A stretch of DNA of 63,912 nt, filler included, from Octopus bimaculoides (taxonomy: Eukaryota): assembly GCF_001194135.2 (NCBI RefSeq). It is 7 parts of 6 records of this genome, joined end to end, with 100 filler letters (N's around TTAATTAATTAA, not from the genome) between each part and the next. Parts side by side here need not be neighbours in the genome. Positions count along the whole stretch, not along the records: positions 40,065 to 54,351 come from NC_068993.1; positions 54,452 to 58,382 come from NC_068999.1; positions 58,483 to 61,632 come from NW_026417326.1; positions 61,733 to 62,766 come from NW_026436870.1; positions 62,867 to 63,912 come from NC_068982.1; 2 more parts are not named here. The stretch is one strand, 5' to 3'. The notes under the pieces are model-generated. The model saw only the letters and a program-made list of their open reading frames with translations. It searched no databases and was not told where the DNA came from. This document shows, in pieces, positions 52,572 through 63,912 of this stretch (its first letter is position 1; every line of letters starts with the position of its first letter). A program made the translations under genes and the position numbers.

Positions 52572-54242
52572 TACACGGAAATATATATGAAATTCGGATT
52601 AGAATAATGTGCTAAAGCAACCCTGAAAAGAGGAAAATTAGTTAAAAGGAGCGACATCATACTAGATAAAGCCAATGAAATAAGAGAACTAGACGAAAGC
52701 CAACCATACAAATATTTAGGACTCAATGAACTAGATAGGATACAACAAACACAAATGAAAGAAAAAATAAAGAAAGAGTACTATAGACGAGCTTGATCAA
52801 TAATAAAAACAGAGCTCAATTCTAAAAACAAGTTAATAGGTATTAACACTCTAGCTGTCCCAGTTATAAGTTACAGCTACAATATCCTTAACTGGACACT
52901 AAACGAACTATCTAAAATAGACAGGAAAACAAAAGAAATAATGACTGGATATAGGATGCACCACCCAAAATCTGACATAGAAAGGCTATATATATAACGC
53001 ACAGAAGGTGGCAGGGGTCTTATACAGCTGGAAAACTATTATTAAATAACCACCATAGGACTTCAAAAATACATATTCCAGAAGCAAGGAAAACTAATAC
53101 AAATAGCCACAAAACACGAGCAAAACAAAAAAACTGTTTTCAGTATTTAAGGAAGCTGACAAATACAAACAAGAAATCATGCTACCTAACAAATACGAAG
53201 AAGAAGAAGAAACAACAAAAGCTATAAAACAAATGAAATCCAAACTAAAACTAGGACAGCAACGGACCATGATAAAACGATGGCAAGAAAAGCCCCTCGA
53301 TGGTAAATACTGGCCTAAACTAAATGCAAAAGAAATAGACAGAGAAAAATCCCAGCAATGGTTGAGAAGCTCAGGACTCAAAGCAGAGACTGAATGATTT
53401 TTAATTGCTGCACAAGACCAAAGCCTCCCCACCAGAAATTACCAAAAACATATCGTGAAAAGAAACNNNNNNNNNNNNNNNNNNNNNNNNNNNNNNNNNN
53501 NNNNNNNNNNNNNNNNNNNNNNNNNNNNNNNNNNNNNNNNNNNNNNNNNNNNNNNNNNNNNNNNNNNNNNNNNNNNNNNNNNNNNNNNNNNNNGGACAAG
53601 AAACAATAAATCATATTATCTCTGGCTGCCCAGTCCTGGCTAAGAAGGAATATATTCACAGACACGACAGAGCTGGGACCTATATACACCGGAAGCTATG
53701 CCAACACTATGGAATAACAACAGAAAAAAGATGGTATAAACACACGCCAGAAAAGGTCACAGAAAACGAGAAAGCAACCATACTCTGGGATATGCCGATA
53801 CACACAGATAGAGAAATTAAGGCAAATAGACCAGATATAGTTGTCAAAGATCACGAAGAAAAAAAAATGCTTTCTAATTGATGTATCAATACCAGCAGAT
53901 GACAACGTTTCCCTAAAAGAAATGGAAAAACTTTCAAAATACAAAAACCTGGAAATAGAGATAACTCGAATGTGGAATCTAAAAACAGAAACAATTCCTA
54001 TCATAGTAGGTGCTTTATGTATAATAAAAAAAAATATTCGGACAAATACATAACAGAAACACCAGGACTTACAAATATATATAACATACAGAAAAATGCA
54101 CTACTGGGCACTGCACACATCGTACGCAAAACACTTTCAATACAGTAAACATAAGAGCATCACAGCAAACCACAGCACATACCCAAGGCACACAGAGCAG
54201 CGCTCGGTAGTGAAATAAAAGCACGTTATAGAAATAAAACTA

Positions 54243-54245
<3 letters not shown>
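52570..54245 (+). mobile_element. R4/Dong-like non-LTR retrotransposon, 5'-truncated (~1.7 kb)
   Basis: MKFGLE*CAKATLKRGKL (end of RT), YKYLGL, LYI*RTEGGRGLIQLE, LKAETE*FLIAAQDQSL, ETINHIISGCPVLAKKEYIHRHD (end of CCHC), NRPDIVVKD..FLIDVSIP (REL), stop at 54146-54148, short 3' UTR. Confidence 0.93.
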
Positions 54246-54327
<82 letters not shown>

Positions 54328-54351
54328 GTAATAACAATAACAATAATAATA
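54246..54351. repeat. (AAT)n microsatellite 3' of the Dong-like element
   Basis: Direct reading. Confidence 0.98.
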
Positions 54352-55299
54352 NNNNNNNNNNNNNNNNNNNNNNNNNNNNNNNNNNNNNNNNNNNNTTAAT
54401 TAATTAANNNNNNNNNNNNNNNNNNNNNNNNNNNNNNNNNNNNNNNNNNNNTATACACGCACATACAGGGATCTGTCATTTGCGGATACCTTCCTGACAA
54501 TCCTACACTACGTCGAAATTAATTTTTCAATTGATATTAATATTATCAAATGAAATTTCATTTCTACGGACATTTCGAGAATTACGTTGCATAATAAAGC
54601 GACAGAGAAATAATACGACGATGATGTCTATAGATAAAGATTACAAATTCTAAACATATACGGTACGCTATCTATATATAAAAGCAAAAAAATCTTTTTA
54701 AGAGTAATAGGTTTGGGAAGTTATAAGAATCGCAATATATTTAGACTTCGCTCTTGCCACAAACAAATATTGAATAATGTGATTTGGCGGTGGTTTAGGA
54801 ATGACTATTACTACTAGGATGAGGGAGATATACACTACCTATAATATATGTATAGTATACATACAGTATATATTATTCATATGTTATAGTTCATTATCCT
54901 CAACTTGAGGATATCCAAAATTGTTTGTTGTTTATGATTGCATCATCAATGAGTTCAGTATAGGAACTGAACTCCTTGTAAACTCCTAGTAAATCTGTTT
55001 TTGCTACATTCACGATAAGCATTAATATCAGAAAAAAAAACATGCCCACTTTCCCCTATAACCGCCAACGCTTTCGTAATAATATTTCAAGTAATTTAAG
55101 TGGTGTAGGTGGAAATTGCGTTGTCTCATCCGTCTTCTCAATTTTTTTTTCATAACACTATCATCTCTTAGATAAACTTTCTCTGTGGAACAGTAACAGT
55201 TTGGTCATATCACTCTCCGTTAATTTTTCAAATCTTACAAGTTTTTCAACTGTCACAAAATGTTTTCGAACTTCATGTATACATTGTGCTTGAGGAAAT

Positions 55300-55850
55300 C
55301 TTGTCATGTAACGGATATAGTCTGGATATATACTTTTCGAAGAATTATTCAAAATTGAAAGTTTCACTTCCTCCCATGATTCCGTATAATGTTTGCATTG
55401 CATACGCTATGCTGAATTCTTCCAGAAATCTCTAACAGTAGATTTATCCGCCATGTGAATTATTTTCATATTTTGCTTCAAATTTCTTATATGAAATGCC
55501 TTAATCTATGGGCTGGAGTAAAGAAGATGTATTATAATTCTACTTCACATAATCAGAAAATGTTCGCTGCGTTGACCGGAGCATAATATAACACAAACAA
55601 TGTTTGTTGGAGATACTATGTCTATAACTTTGCATATTTGAACACCTAATCAAACTTTGTATAACAGTTGAAAACCCTTAGTTTTACAGAATAGTATTCG
55701 AGTATTGGGTTTAATTTCATATCACCAGCGCAGTTCCTCGCATACGAGGTCTTAAATAATTTTTGTAAGCTTTAAAATCCGGCGAGGATGTTATTGTCGG
55801 GAAAAAAAAAAACTTTCGTTTCTTTCAGCGGCCCAGGATAATTAATAGCA
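55300..55850 (-). mobile_element. pogo/Tigger-like transposase relic, highly decayed
   Basis: Minus fragments PDFKAYKN (PGFKAxKDR), RNCAGDMKLNPIL (GNAAGDxKLKP), YNTSSLLQPID*GI (NTTSLLQPMDQG). Confidence 0.6.
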
Positions 55851-56992
55851 ACCTTGTGTAACATGCCCGAAGTTTCACTGTCGTTGTTATATTGTGCATT
55901 TTCACCTTGCGCTCCTGAAACCTTTCAATCTAGCCTTTACGTAACAAACATGTTCTCACATAAAAGTGTCACATTACTTACTTTCTGCAATTTGGTATTT
56001 ACATTTTTCTTCTCTTTCGAAATATATTTGTGTTTATCAGACACACACGCGTGTTAGCATAACTGCTGAATCTGCGTGATGTTTGCTAGATTGACAGAAG
56101 CAAAATATTTAAATATTCTATAGGATAGTTTGTCTTTGAAAATTGAGAAAATAACAAGACAGTGTATGCACAAAATATAAATAATGAACTGTTGACATGC
56201 AGAACTTCCTTAAACATTACAAAGACATAATTCAAGTGCAGAGCAATAGTTCAACTTTTTAAATTTGTAAACTGAAAATCAAAAGCAAACTTAAATATGC
56301 GAAAACTGTTTGAGAATAATTATATCAGATGGAATACACATCAATAGACCAGAAAAACTAAAGGCAACGCTAGTCACCGTACAGAGGCTAATAGACATCA
56401 GATTCAGACGTGAAAAGTATAAGCTCTAATATAAAGTACATTAAAATTCAATAAAAAGAAGTTGAGACAATTGTTCATTCTATAAATGGATATATTTTCT
56501 CAGTATTCTTTGAAACCCAAATATATATTTCTGTTCGTTTTTATACTTTATTTTTCGAATGTGTTATGCACTTCAAGGCGCTTCGTAGACAGAAAAGTCA
56601 TTCAAGTACAACATTCAGTAAGACTGTGGGATTATGGATGGGAAATAATATCTCCATACTTAGATGTGATATTTGTGTTGTGATGCAAAATAAAAAAAAA
56701 GGGGGAAACCACAACAACGATATATATGCAAAATTACATGCAGATACACGCAGGAAGACACACACGAGGACACACACTCACACACACACACACACATACA
56801 ACACACACGGAGACACAACACATTTGTATGATCATGTAAGATCATAGAGGCAAACTTTAATATGTATATATATATACACATTTACATATATATAATGCAT
56901 ATATATATGTATATGCATAGGTATGTACGTATATAGTCACGTGTGTATGAATAGACGTATGTATATATATACATGTATCTAATATGTATATA

Positions 56993-57040
<48 letters not shown>

Positions 57041-57434
57041 CATATATATATAGAGAGAGAAACAGAGAGAGTGACAGGAAGAGAGACAGTGTGAGAGAGC
57101 GAGTGACATACAGATATACACACATATCTTCATATACATGGGTATTAACGCATACAAGTTTGAGGAATTTTCTATGTGAGTTTATAGTTCATTTATATGT
57201 CAATAGGTTATTAAGTGCATTTGATATAAACGCTTATATGCCTATATATATGATTGTGCCCGTCTCCGGTTGTGCGGCTGTTTACATTTGATGTACACGG
57301 TAGTAGAAATTTAAGTATATTTATTTAATATTTCTTAGATATATTATATCATACTTTACAGACACAAGCTCACTCTTACACACAATACAACTCAACAACA
57401 CACACACACACAGAGACACACACACACACACACC

Positions 57435-57477
<43 letters not shown>

Positions 57478-58270
57478 CATTATATTATTTTCGCGTCCCC
57501 ACCTCAACACTGCAGCAATAATGTGACGCCGGCATTTTGTGATTTGTATGTTACAATAACACATTTCTATGACTACAATTTCCTCTACGCCAATATTTGA
57601 TCTCGCGTATTCAATACATTTAGAGACTCATTCCTATTATTTAATGTTGATGATATGGATACCTGAAATATGGTGGGTGAGCAATAGCAGGTATACAGTA
57701 AGTATTTCACTTATAATACTTGATTCATCGACATTATTAGCACATGAAACAAGTTAGCCTCATTTATAATATGTTCAGTGTCACTGATCATACGACATTC
57801 ATCATAACTATAATAATACTTTATAATAAATTTCAATTTTTTCATGAAAATAAATGTGTAATGAACATGTTTTCTTTTTTCCTGACCTGTCTTTTTTCAA
57901 CCTGTATTTGCAGTCTGATGGATAATATCCTTCCTTAACAGATCTTGAGCTGGTCCATGTGTGTGTGTTTGTGTGTGTGTGAGGTCAATCATGGGCGCTA
58001 CTGGTAAAATGTAATCCAGTACAACCTCGCAACCGCATCAAGATTGCTATGTGAGCATTGTTGCACACACATTAGAACGAAGAACAAGGGTACAGACACA
58101 TATATGTGTACACTTACACACACAGATCTATCTATCTATATATATATATATATGTATATATGTGTGTGTGTGTGCGTGTGTGTATGTGTGTTTGTGTGTG
58201 TGTTTGTGTGACCGCGTGTGTATCGTTAGCGATTGTCTTTCTCCGTCTTCCCGTCTTTGGACATTTTCTA

Positions 58271-58307
58271 TATTTCTGATGAAGAGCTCCGCTCGAGACG
58301 TAGAATG
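58271..58307 (+). ncRNA. Minimal type I hammerhead-like motif, probably inactivated
   Basis: UAUUU-CUGAUGA-A-GAGC-ucc-GCUC-GAGA-C-GUA-GAAUG: intact CUGAUGA, 4-bp stem II, palindromic ACGU stem III; GAAA changed to GAGA. Confidence 0.65.
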
Positions 58308-58330
58308 ATCTTTTTTCTTTCATTTCCTGA

Positions 58331-58370
58331 GCGTTCAATAACACAGTACGTGTACTGTGTTATTGAACGC
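58331..58370. repeat. Perfect 19-bp inverted repeat with 2-nt spacer
   Basis: GCGTTCAATAACACAGTAC-GT-GTACTGTGTTATTGAACGC. Confidence 0.98.
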
Positions 58371-59669
58371 ATATGTATATGTNNNNNNNNNNNNNNNNNN
58401 NNNNNNNNNNNNNNNNNNNNNNNNNNTTAATTAATTAANNNNNNNNNNNNNNNNNNNNNNNNNNNNNNNNNNNNNNNNNNNNCCTTTAATTCCTACATAT
58501 GTTTCAAAAATTATGTGCACTCTACTCCAAAAAAGTGAGAGATGCTGGAATATGCACATAAATTCATCGTCAGGGAACCATATTTCAAAAGCAAGACTGG
58601 TGTTAAATGCTAAGGTTACGTACATGTAATAACACTATATAGCTAAGTTAAATGACCGTTAGAAACAAGAACGTTAGTTTCCAGGGAGCTGTTTAGGGAG
58701 AGAAGCAATGAACGCTATAATAAGACTTTAAATTAAAAGAAGACAAAATGAACCGCAGAAAAATCTAAAAGTTAATAATGATAATAAAGGAGAAAGGGAG
58801 AGAATCCAATGAATTCTTTATATACTACTCATTGTTAAATGAACGTATACAATTACTCCTGTATATACCCCTTAAAGATTGATAACACCACAAAATGGCA
58901 AAAAATCGCATTTTAACATATACTAGCAAACGTTCCCCCCACTGTCCATTGGATGGTTTGTATAGGTGAAGAGGGTTAACTTGGATGGTAAGTTGTGGAG
59001 ATATTTGGTGATTGTATGGGATTGTTACTTTTGGTTACGGCATTAAAGATTCCTGAGACATTAAAACTGTTGACTGTTTCTTCTAAATAAGGAAAATTGA
59101 TTGATAGTGAATCTTAACACAGTGAACCTTTTCAAAATTGTCATGAGGCCAATAAAATGAAGGAAAGCTGTTCAGCCCACAATATATACAACTTCCAGTG
59201 GAATCGGACATCATAATTAACTTTAAACTTTTTGCACTCAAAACACTTTTACAATGTACTCTTCCATTGTACATACCTCATGTTGACACCTATACGTCAG
59301 ACTGAACGCTGTTTTATCTCCATAGTGAATATTCCAAGTGATATTTAAGCAATAAACAGTTCTTTGGCTTTTGCATTTGACGACTGTTGCTTTACATATT
59401 TTATTTCGATTTTCACTGGCACAGTGGTAAGAACTATGGGATTAAGTAACATTAGTTTCAAATAAAAATATAAATGGAAGTTTTAATCACCCAATGGACA
59501 GGCAAACAGAAACTGCTACTCAATAAATTCTTAGGGGATTTTCTCTTCTCTCAAAAACTGACACAAAAAGAGTTAAAACTTAGGGGTGAAATAACACAAT
59601 GTGCAATAAAATAACATAAGGCATGCTCTTTGCAAATCAATTTTATCTCAAAAATTTAACTTATTTTTT

Positions 59670-61430
59670 AAAGTTGGACGAGAAATGTTAGGCAAGGTTT
59701 TAGATGTAACAACGCACCAAAATATTTCACGTTCTATAAGCAATCAATTAGTCATTACTTATTCTGATGATGGATCTATAAAGCAGGGAGTTGGATCTTT
59801 CTCAGTCCAATGGTCGACTATTAATGGTCATTACAGACCTCTGCCAACTGTGCTTGTAGCATCAGAAGCAAGAAATAACCTGGCTGACTTGAAAGTGGCT
59901 GTACTTTCGCTATTAGAAGCAGCAAATAATATCCCAATTAAAACACTATTTGAAAAAATTGATTTTGTTATCTCAGGCAAAACGTCACACAATGATGGGG
60001 TTGAAGAGATCATAGCAGAAAATCTCAGCACAGAACATGGGTTTTGCAACGTGCACCCTTCACTTATGTTCAATTGAGTAATAACTAAACAGTAGAATAA
60101 CATCAAGAATGCAATTCGATGAGACAAGATTTGAGTTTTCTTGTAAATGCAACATCAAGCTCATCTAGTGTCACTGAATGGGCTCTTGACTGCATAACAA
60201 GATTAATCAATCATAATTTTGATCATAAGTCATGGAACAAAGCCAGTGAATTCAACAAGCACATTCAACCATAGGTTAATAAATTTGTTGCCCTGAAGAA
60301 TGAACGCTTTAACCGTCTCACTTTGACTTGTGCAATAACTTTGTACCACTTGGATGATGTGGCATCATATTTGGTGAAATACGAGCATGTTACAAACCAA
60401 CTGGCTTGTATTGTATGATGTTTCATAGATCTGGAGTTCCTCAGTCTTGTATTGCTCAGGAGCGCTGATTGGACTGCACCTTGCTGAACCATTCCTCTCG
60501 CTCACCATTTCAGCAAGCACAACCTATTCAAAACCTGCTTTCAAACAACTTTGTGATGACCTTTTCACAGTGGATTCAAACCAATTGTTAAATGTACATA
60601 GTCCTGCACTCAGTTTTGTGTCTTCTAGCAGATTCCAGGAAACCAGATATGATGAAGATATATGTTGAGCTGTTGAAGCTATTGCAATCAAGTTGAAGCC
60701 AGAGGTGTTAAAAGTACTGTTGAGACTTCTTCCAAAGTTAGTGGATGGTTTCCAGAACCAGAAGGGAGTTCTGTTTGGTTTTGGAAACATCATCAAAGAG
60801 TCTCCCCATGCCCTGGCAAACATGGACTTAGCTAAACTAGAGAGAGCTACCATTCACAATCTTGACTCAGAATGCAGTGTAGGATTTATTAACGATGAGT
60901 TGAGTCGTTGAGGTGCCAAGCAACTCAAAGTATCTTCTTACAAAGTTAAATCCAAGTTGGCTGATCTGATTGAATGTCAAGAGCCTGGGGCATTTAGGCA
61001 ATATACCAAACTCACCAAACCTGAAGGATAGTGGGGGGAGTGCCTGATGTCATTAAAAAATGGGATAAATGGTGGAGGGACTGGAGAAGAAGGAAATCAC
61101 CAACATTGCATGGATAGACAACAAACAGCCAACTTGGATATTTTGAAAAATCATGGTGGACCATTTTCTAGCAGCACTAGTAGGTAGATGCCTATCTCAT
61201 GACAGATATACCAGATAAAGAAACGGTCAGACTGTATTTAGAAATCAGATGCACCAGAGACACTACCCTTTTTATGCCAAAAACCAGCAACATTTTCTGT
61301 CTTAAACAAAATTATCAAAAATTATCAATGGAATATGCAATAAATTTGAAAACTTACTTGGATAATGTAAGTTTCAAGACAAATGTAAGCCTTATTGATT
61401 TCAATCATGCATTGGATAACTTGGTGTGAG
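59670..61430 (+). mobile_element. DDE-type DNA transposase pseudogene with CxxH motif (superfamily unresolved)
   Basis: Colinear fragments ITYSDDGS (first D), DFVISGKTSHN, FCNVHP (CxxH), helical insertion, IHNLDSECSVG (E region), C-terminus ending ...DFNHALDNLV*; several stops and frameshifts. Confidence 0.65.
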
Positions 61431-61732
61431 GTTCTGAAGCCATAATGGTTGTAAAAGTATTATTGTATCATATAAATTACAGAACTCAGGAAATGTTTTC
61501 TTTCGTAAAATTAAATTACTTAATTATTTGTTATTAAACTGTTTATTTCACATCAAATTCGTGTTCTATGACCTCAAAAACATATTTCCTCGCACAGTCA
61601 CTTTAAAGCTAAAACTTGTCTTAGAAGTAGCTNNNNNNNNNNNNNNNNNNNNNNNNNNNNNNNNNNNNNNNNNNNNTTAATTAATTAANNNNNNNNNNNN
61701 NNNNNNNNNNNNNNNNNNNNNNNNNNNNNNNN

Positions 61733-61778
61733 CAGTCAAATGCCTGAAACAAGTAAAAGAATAAAAGAATAAAAGAAT
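61733..61778 (+). mobile_element. SINE family C 3' tail at a contig edge
   Basis: CAGTCAAATGCCTGAAACAAGTAAAAGAATAAAAGAATAAAAGAATA. Confidence 0.7.
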
Positions 61779-62129
61779 ATATATATATACATACACACAG
61801 ATATATTCGTACATATCTATCTACATACACACATACACACAATCATGCTCACGTAAAGCACACATACACACACACACTCACACACTGAGAGAAAGCGAGA
61901 GGAGTGGGTGGAGGAAAGTGACAAACAGACAGACAGACAGAGACAGAGACGATGTGAGAGTGTAGAGGAGAGAAAGAACTAAAGCTGAATGAAAAAAAAA
62001 AAGGGAAAAGGAAACAGCGATATGTGTGTGTGTGTTTGTGTATGTGCGTATGTATTTGTGTATGTGTGTGTATGTGTGAGTATTTGAGTATATGTGTGTA
62101 ATAAAAATGAAAAGGAAAGAAGGAAGAAA

Positions 62130-62720
62130 TAGCAAGCGATGTTGATTTTGCTCTCCTGTTTTGTTGGAGTTGTTATTGTTGTTGCTAGTGTAAGGTAATG
62201 ATGTTGATAATGTTGTTGCGCAGTGCTGTTGTTGCGATTGTCGCTGTCGTGGAATATGATGCCGTTGATGTTGATGTTGCTATTGTCAATGCTATCGATA
62301 TTGTTGTTGCTATTGCTGCTTGACGATGATGCTCCTGTTGCTATTTATCAGGACAATGGTGTTCTTGCTCCTGTCGTTGTTGCTATTGTTGCTACTCTTA
62401 TAGTTGTAGAGTATGATAACGCTATTGCTGTCGATGTCGCTATTGTTGCTATTGTACTGTATGATAACGCTGTTATTGTTGATGTTGCTATTGTTGATGC
62501 TGCCGATATTGTTGTTGCTATTGCTTGTGCTTGACGATGGTGTTCTTGCTGTTGCGTTGTTGCTACTGTTGCTTTTCTTGTAGTTGTGCATGCAATTGTT
62601 GTTGCGGTTGTTACTATTCTTCTAGTCGATGTCGCTATCGTTGCTGTACATCATAATGACGATGGCGTCCTTGTTGTTACTGTTGTTGATACTGATGTTT
62701 CTGACGTTACTATTGTTACC
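62130..62720. repeat. Cryptic (GTT/GAT/GCT)n triplet low-complexity tract
   Basis: Strong 3-nt periodicity with recurring GTTGCTATTGTT and GTATGATAACGCT blocks. Confidence 0.85.
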
Positions 62721-63461
62721 TTTAGTCGAGCAAATCGACTCCGGGACTTATTCTTTGTAAGCCTAGNNNNNNNNNNNNNNNNNNNNNNNNNNNNNNNNNN
62801 NNNNNNNNNNTTAATTAATTAANNNNNNNNNNNNNNNNNNNNNNNNNNNNNNNNNNNNNNNNNNNNATATATATATATATATATATATATATAATAGCTG
62901 TTCCAGACAGAATTGACTGACGAATGCATTCTTCGAGTGTATTACGAATTCTAGAAGGTACGGAGAAAAGAAAATCGTCTGCACAGACCTACCGCAATTA
63001 TTTTTTGTTATCTTACCAATCTTTACAAAACTTATTTGTCGCTAACAGAATTGATTAATTAATGAAATGGAATTGTCATGACAACAAACAGTTTCGACTT
63101 CCGTTGTGTGTGGCTACAAATTAATTGGATGAAAATACGTACTTTTAAATGCTTTTAACTATATTATAAATTTTTCAAAAACAACTGCGATATTTGTCCT
63201 CAAATTGCAAAACTATATCAAAAGTAAATTGTTTTAACATTTTCAAATTAAGATTTGTGACTGGAAGAAAACGAAAATGATTCGTGGATTCTTTGTTTCG
63301 ATACTAATGATAACTGTTTGAATTTAAAATATTAATTACAAAGTTCGTACGAATTTCTTCTTCTCTCATCCCACCCTCTATCTCTCTGTTCCTTCCGAAT
63401 TATTTCTCTGTCTCAGTATTTTTTTTCTTTAACTCACTCTATGTATTTTTTTTATATACAG

Positions 63462-63565
63462 ATTTATTAAATGGATTCCTCGGTGTACTTCCGGAGCTTG
63501 TGTGGAAGTTTACAGTGGTCTGGTACGGCGGACCAGTTTTATGCAAAATTATCCCATTCATTCGA
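63462..63565 (+). CDS. Internal exon of a rhodopsin-class neuropeptide GPCR (vasopressin/oxytocin, CCAP/NPS, GnRH/AKH receptor superfamily): TM2-ECL1-start of TM3
   Basis: Polypyrimidine tract and TATACAG acceptor, 104-bp exon, GTAAGA donor; phase-1 start completes an Asp codon: (D)LLNGFLGVLPELVWKFTVVWYGGPVLCKIIPFIR, with TM2 Asp, Pro-x-x-x-Trp, ECL1 Trp-x-Gly and the TM3 disulfide Cys. Too short for the ORF track. Confidence 0.9.
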
Positions 63566-63861
63566 GTAAGATTTATTAGCATATCATTATTAATGGATTC
63601 TTGTTTCAGGTATATTTTGAGCAACTTAGATATACAAGATAATTTCCCTTCAAATAACAACTAGAAAAAAACTATTTTACACACACACACACACACACAT
63701 TCATATATATGTATATATGTTTGTACGTACATACATACGTACATACATAAGCATGTGTGTGTGTGTATGCATGTATGTATATGTATGGATGCATGGATGT
63801 ATGCATACATGTGTATGTACACGCATAGGTATAAAGGTTAAGTGGCATGTAAGTATATTAG

Positions 63862-63912
<51 letters not shown>

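Noticed and set aside
57569-57703. Possible GPCR exon ending GCA ATA GCA G|GT (AIA-D), or an ATG-started exon ending ACA|GTAAGT
   Set aside because: The AIA frame has TGA immediately before it; the other frame has no receptor features and the wrong phase.
62223-62822. Hydrophobic V/A/I/D-rich membrane-protein ORFs
   Set aside because: By-product of GTT/GCT/GAT triplet periodicity; no splice context or recognisable domain.
62913-62955. CTGACGA followed by a weak stem
   Set aside because: No GAAAC and no stem I partner.

Overview
AT-rich, repeat-dominated eukaryotic DNA from a gapped assembly. The SINE families, extreme (TA)n/(CA)n/(TAGA)n density and LINE relics look like an octopus (cephalopod) genome; that assignment is an inference from recalled repeat families, not a database result. 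Only one host coding exon is well supported: a 104-bp + strand exon at 63462-63565 encoding TM2-ECL1-start of TM3 of a neuropeptide GPCR of the vasopressin/CCAP-NPS/GnRH-AKH receptor superfamily. The rest is mostly decayed mobile DNA: mariner, maT and pogo relics and MITEs, a large Helitron with satellite non-autonomous Helitrons, CR1, RTE, Tx1/L1 and R4/Dong LINEs, a DDE transposase with a CxxH motif, and at least three tRNA-derived SINE families. The most interesting unannotated signals are Penelope-type: a GIY-YIG endonuclease relic with a 189-bp fold-back at its 5' edge, two minimal type I hammerhead ribozyme motifs (one a U3-A8 compensatory variant, one followed by a perfect 19-bp palindrome), and a 229-bp-arm mariner-derived palindrome. 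Six 44N-TTAATTAATTAA-44N linkers are assembly artefacts, so order and distance across them are unverified. Most ORFs in the supplied track are microsatellite or gap artefacts. All alignments were done by eye.
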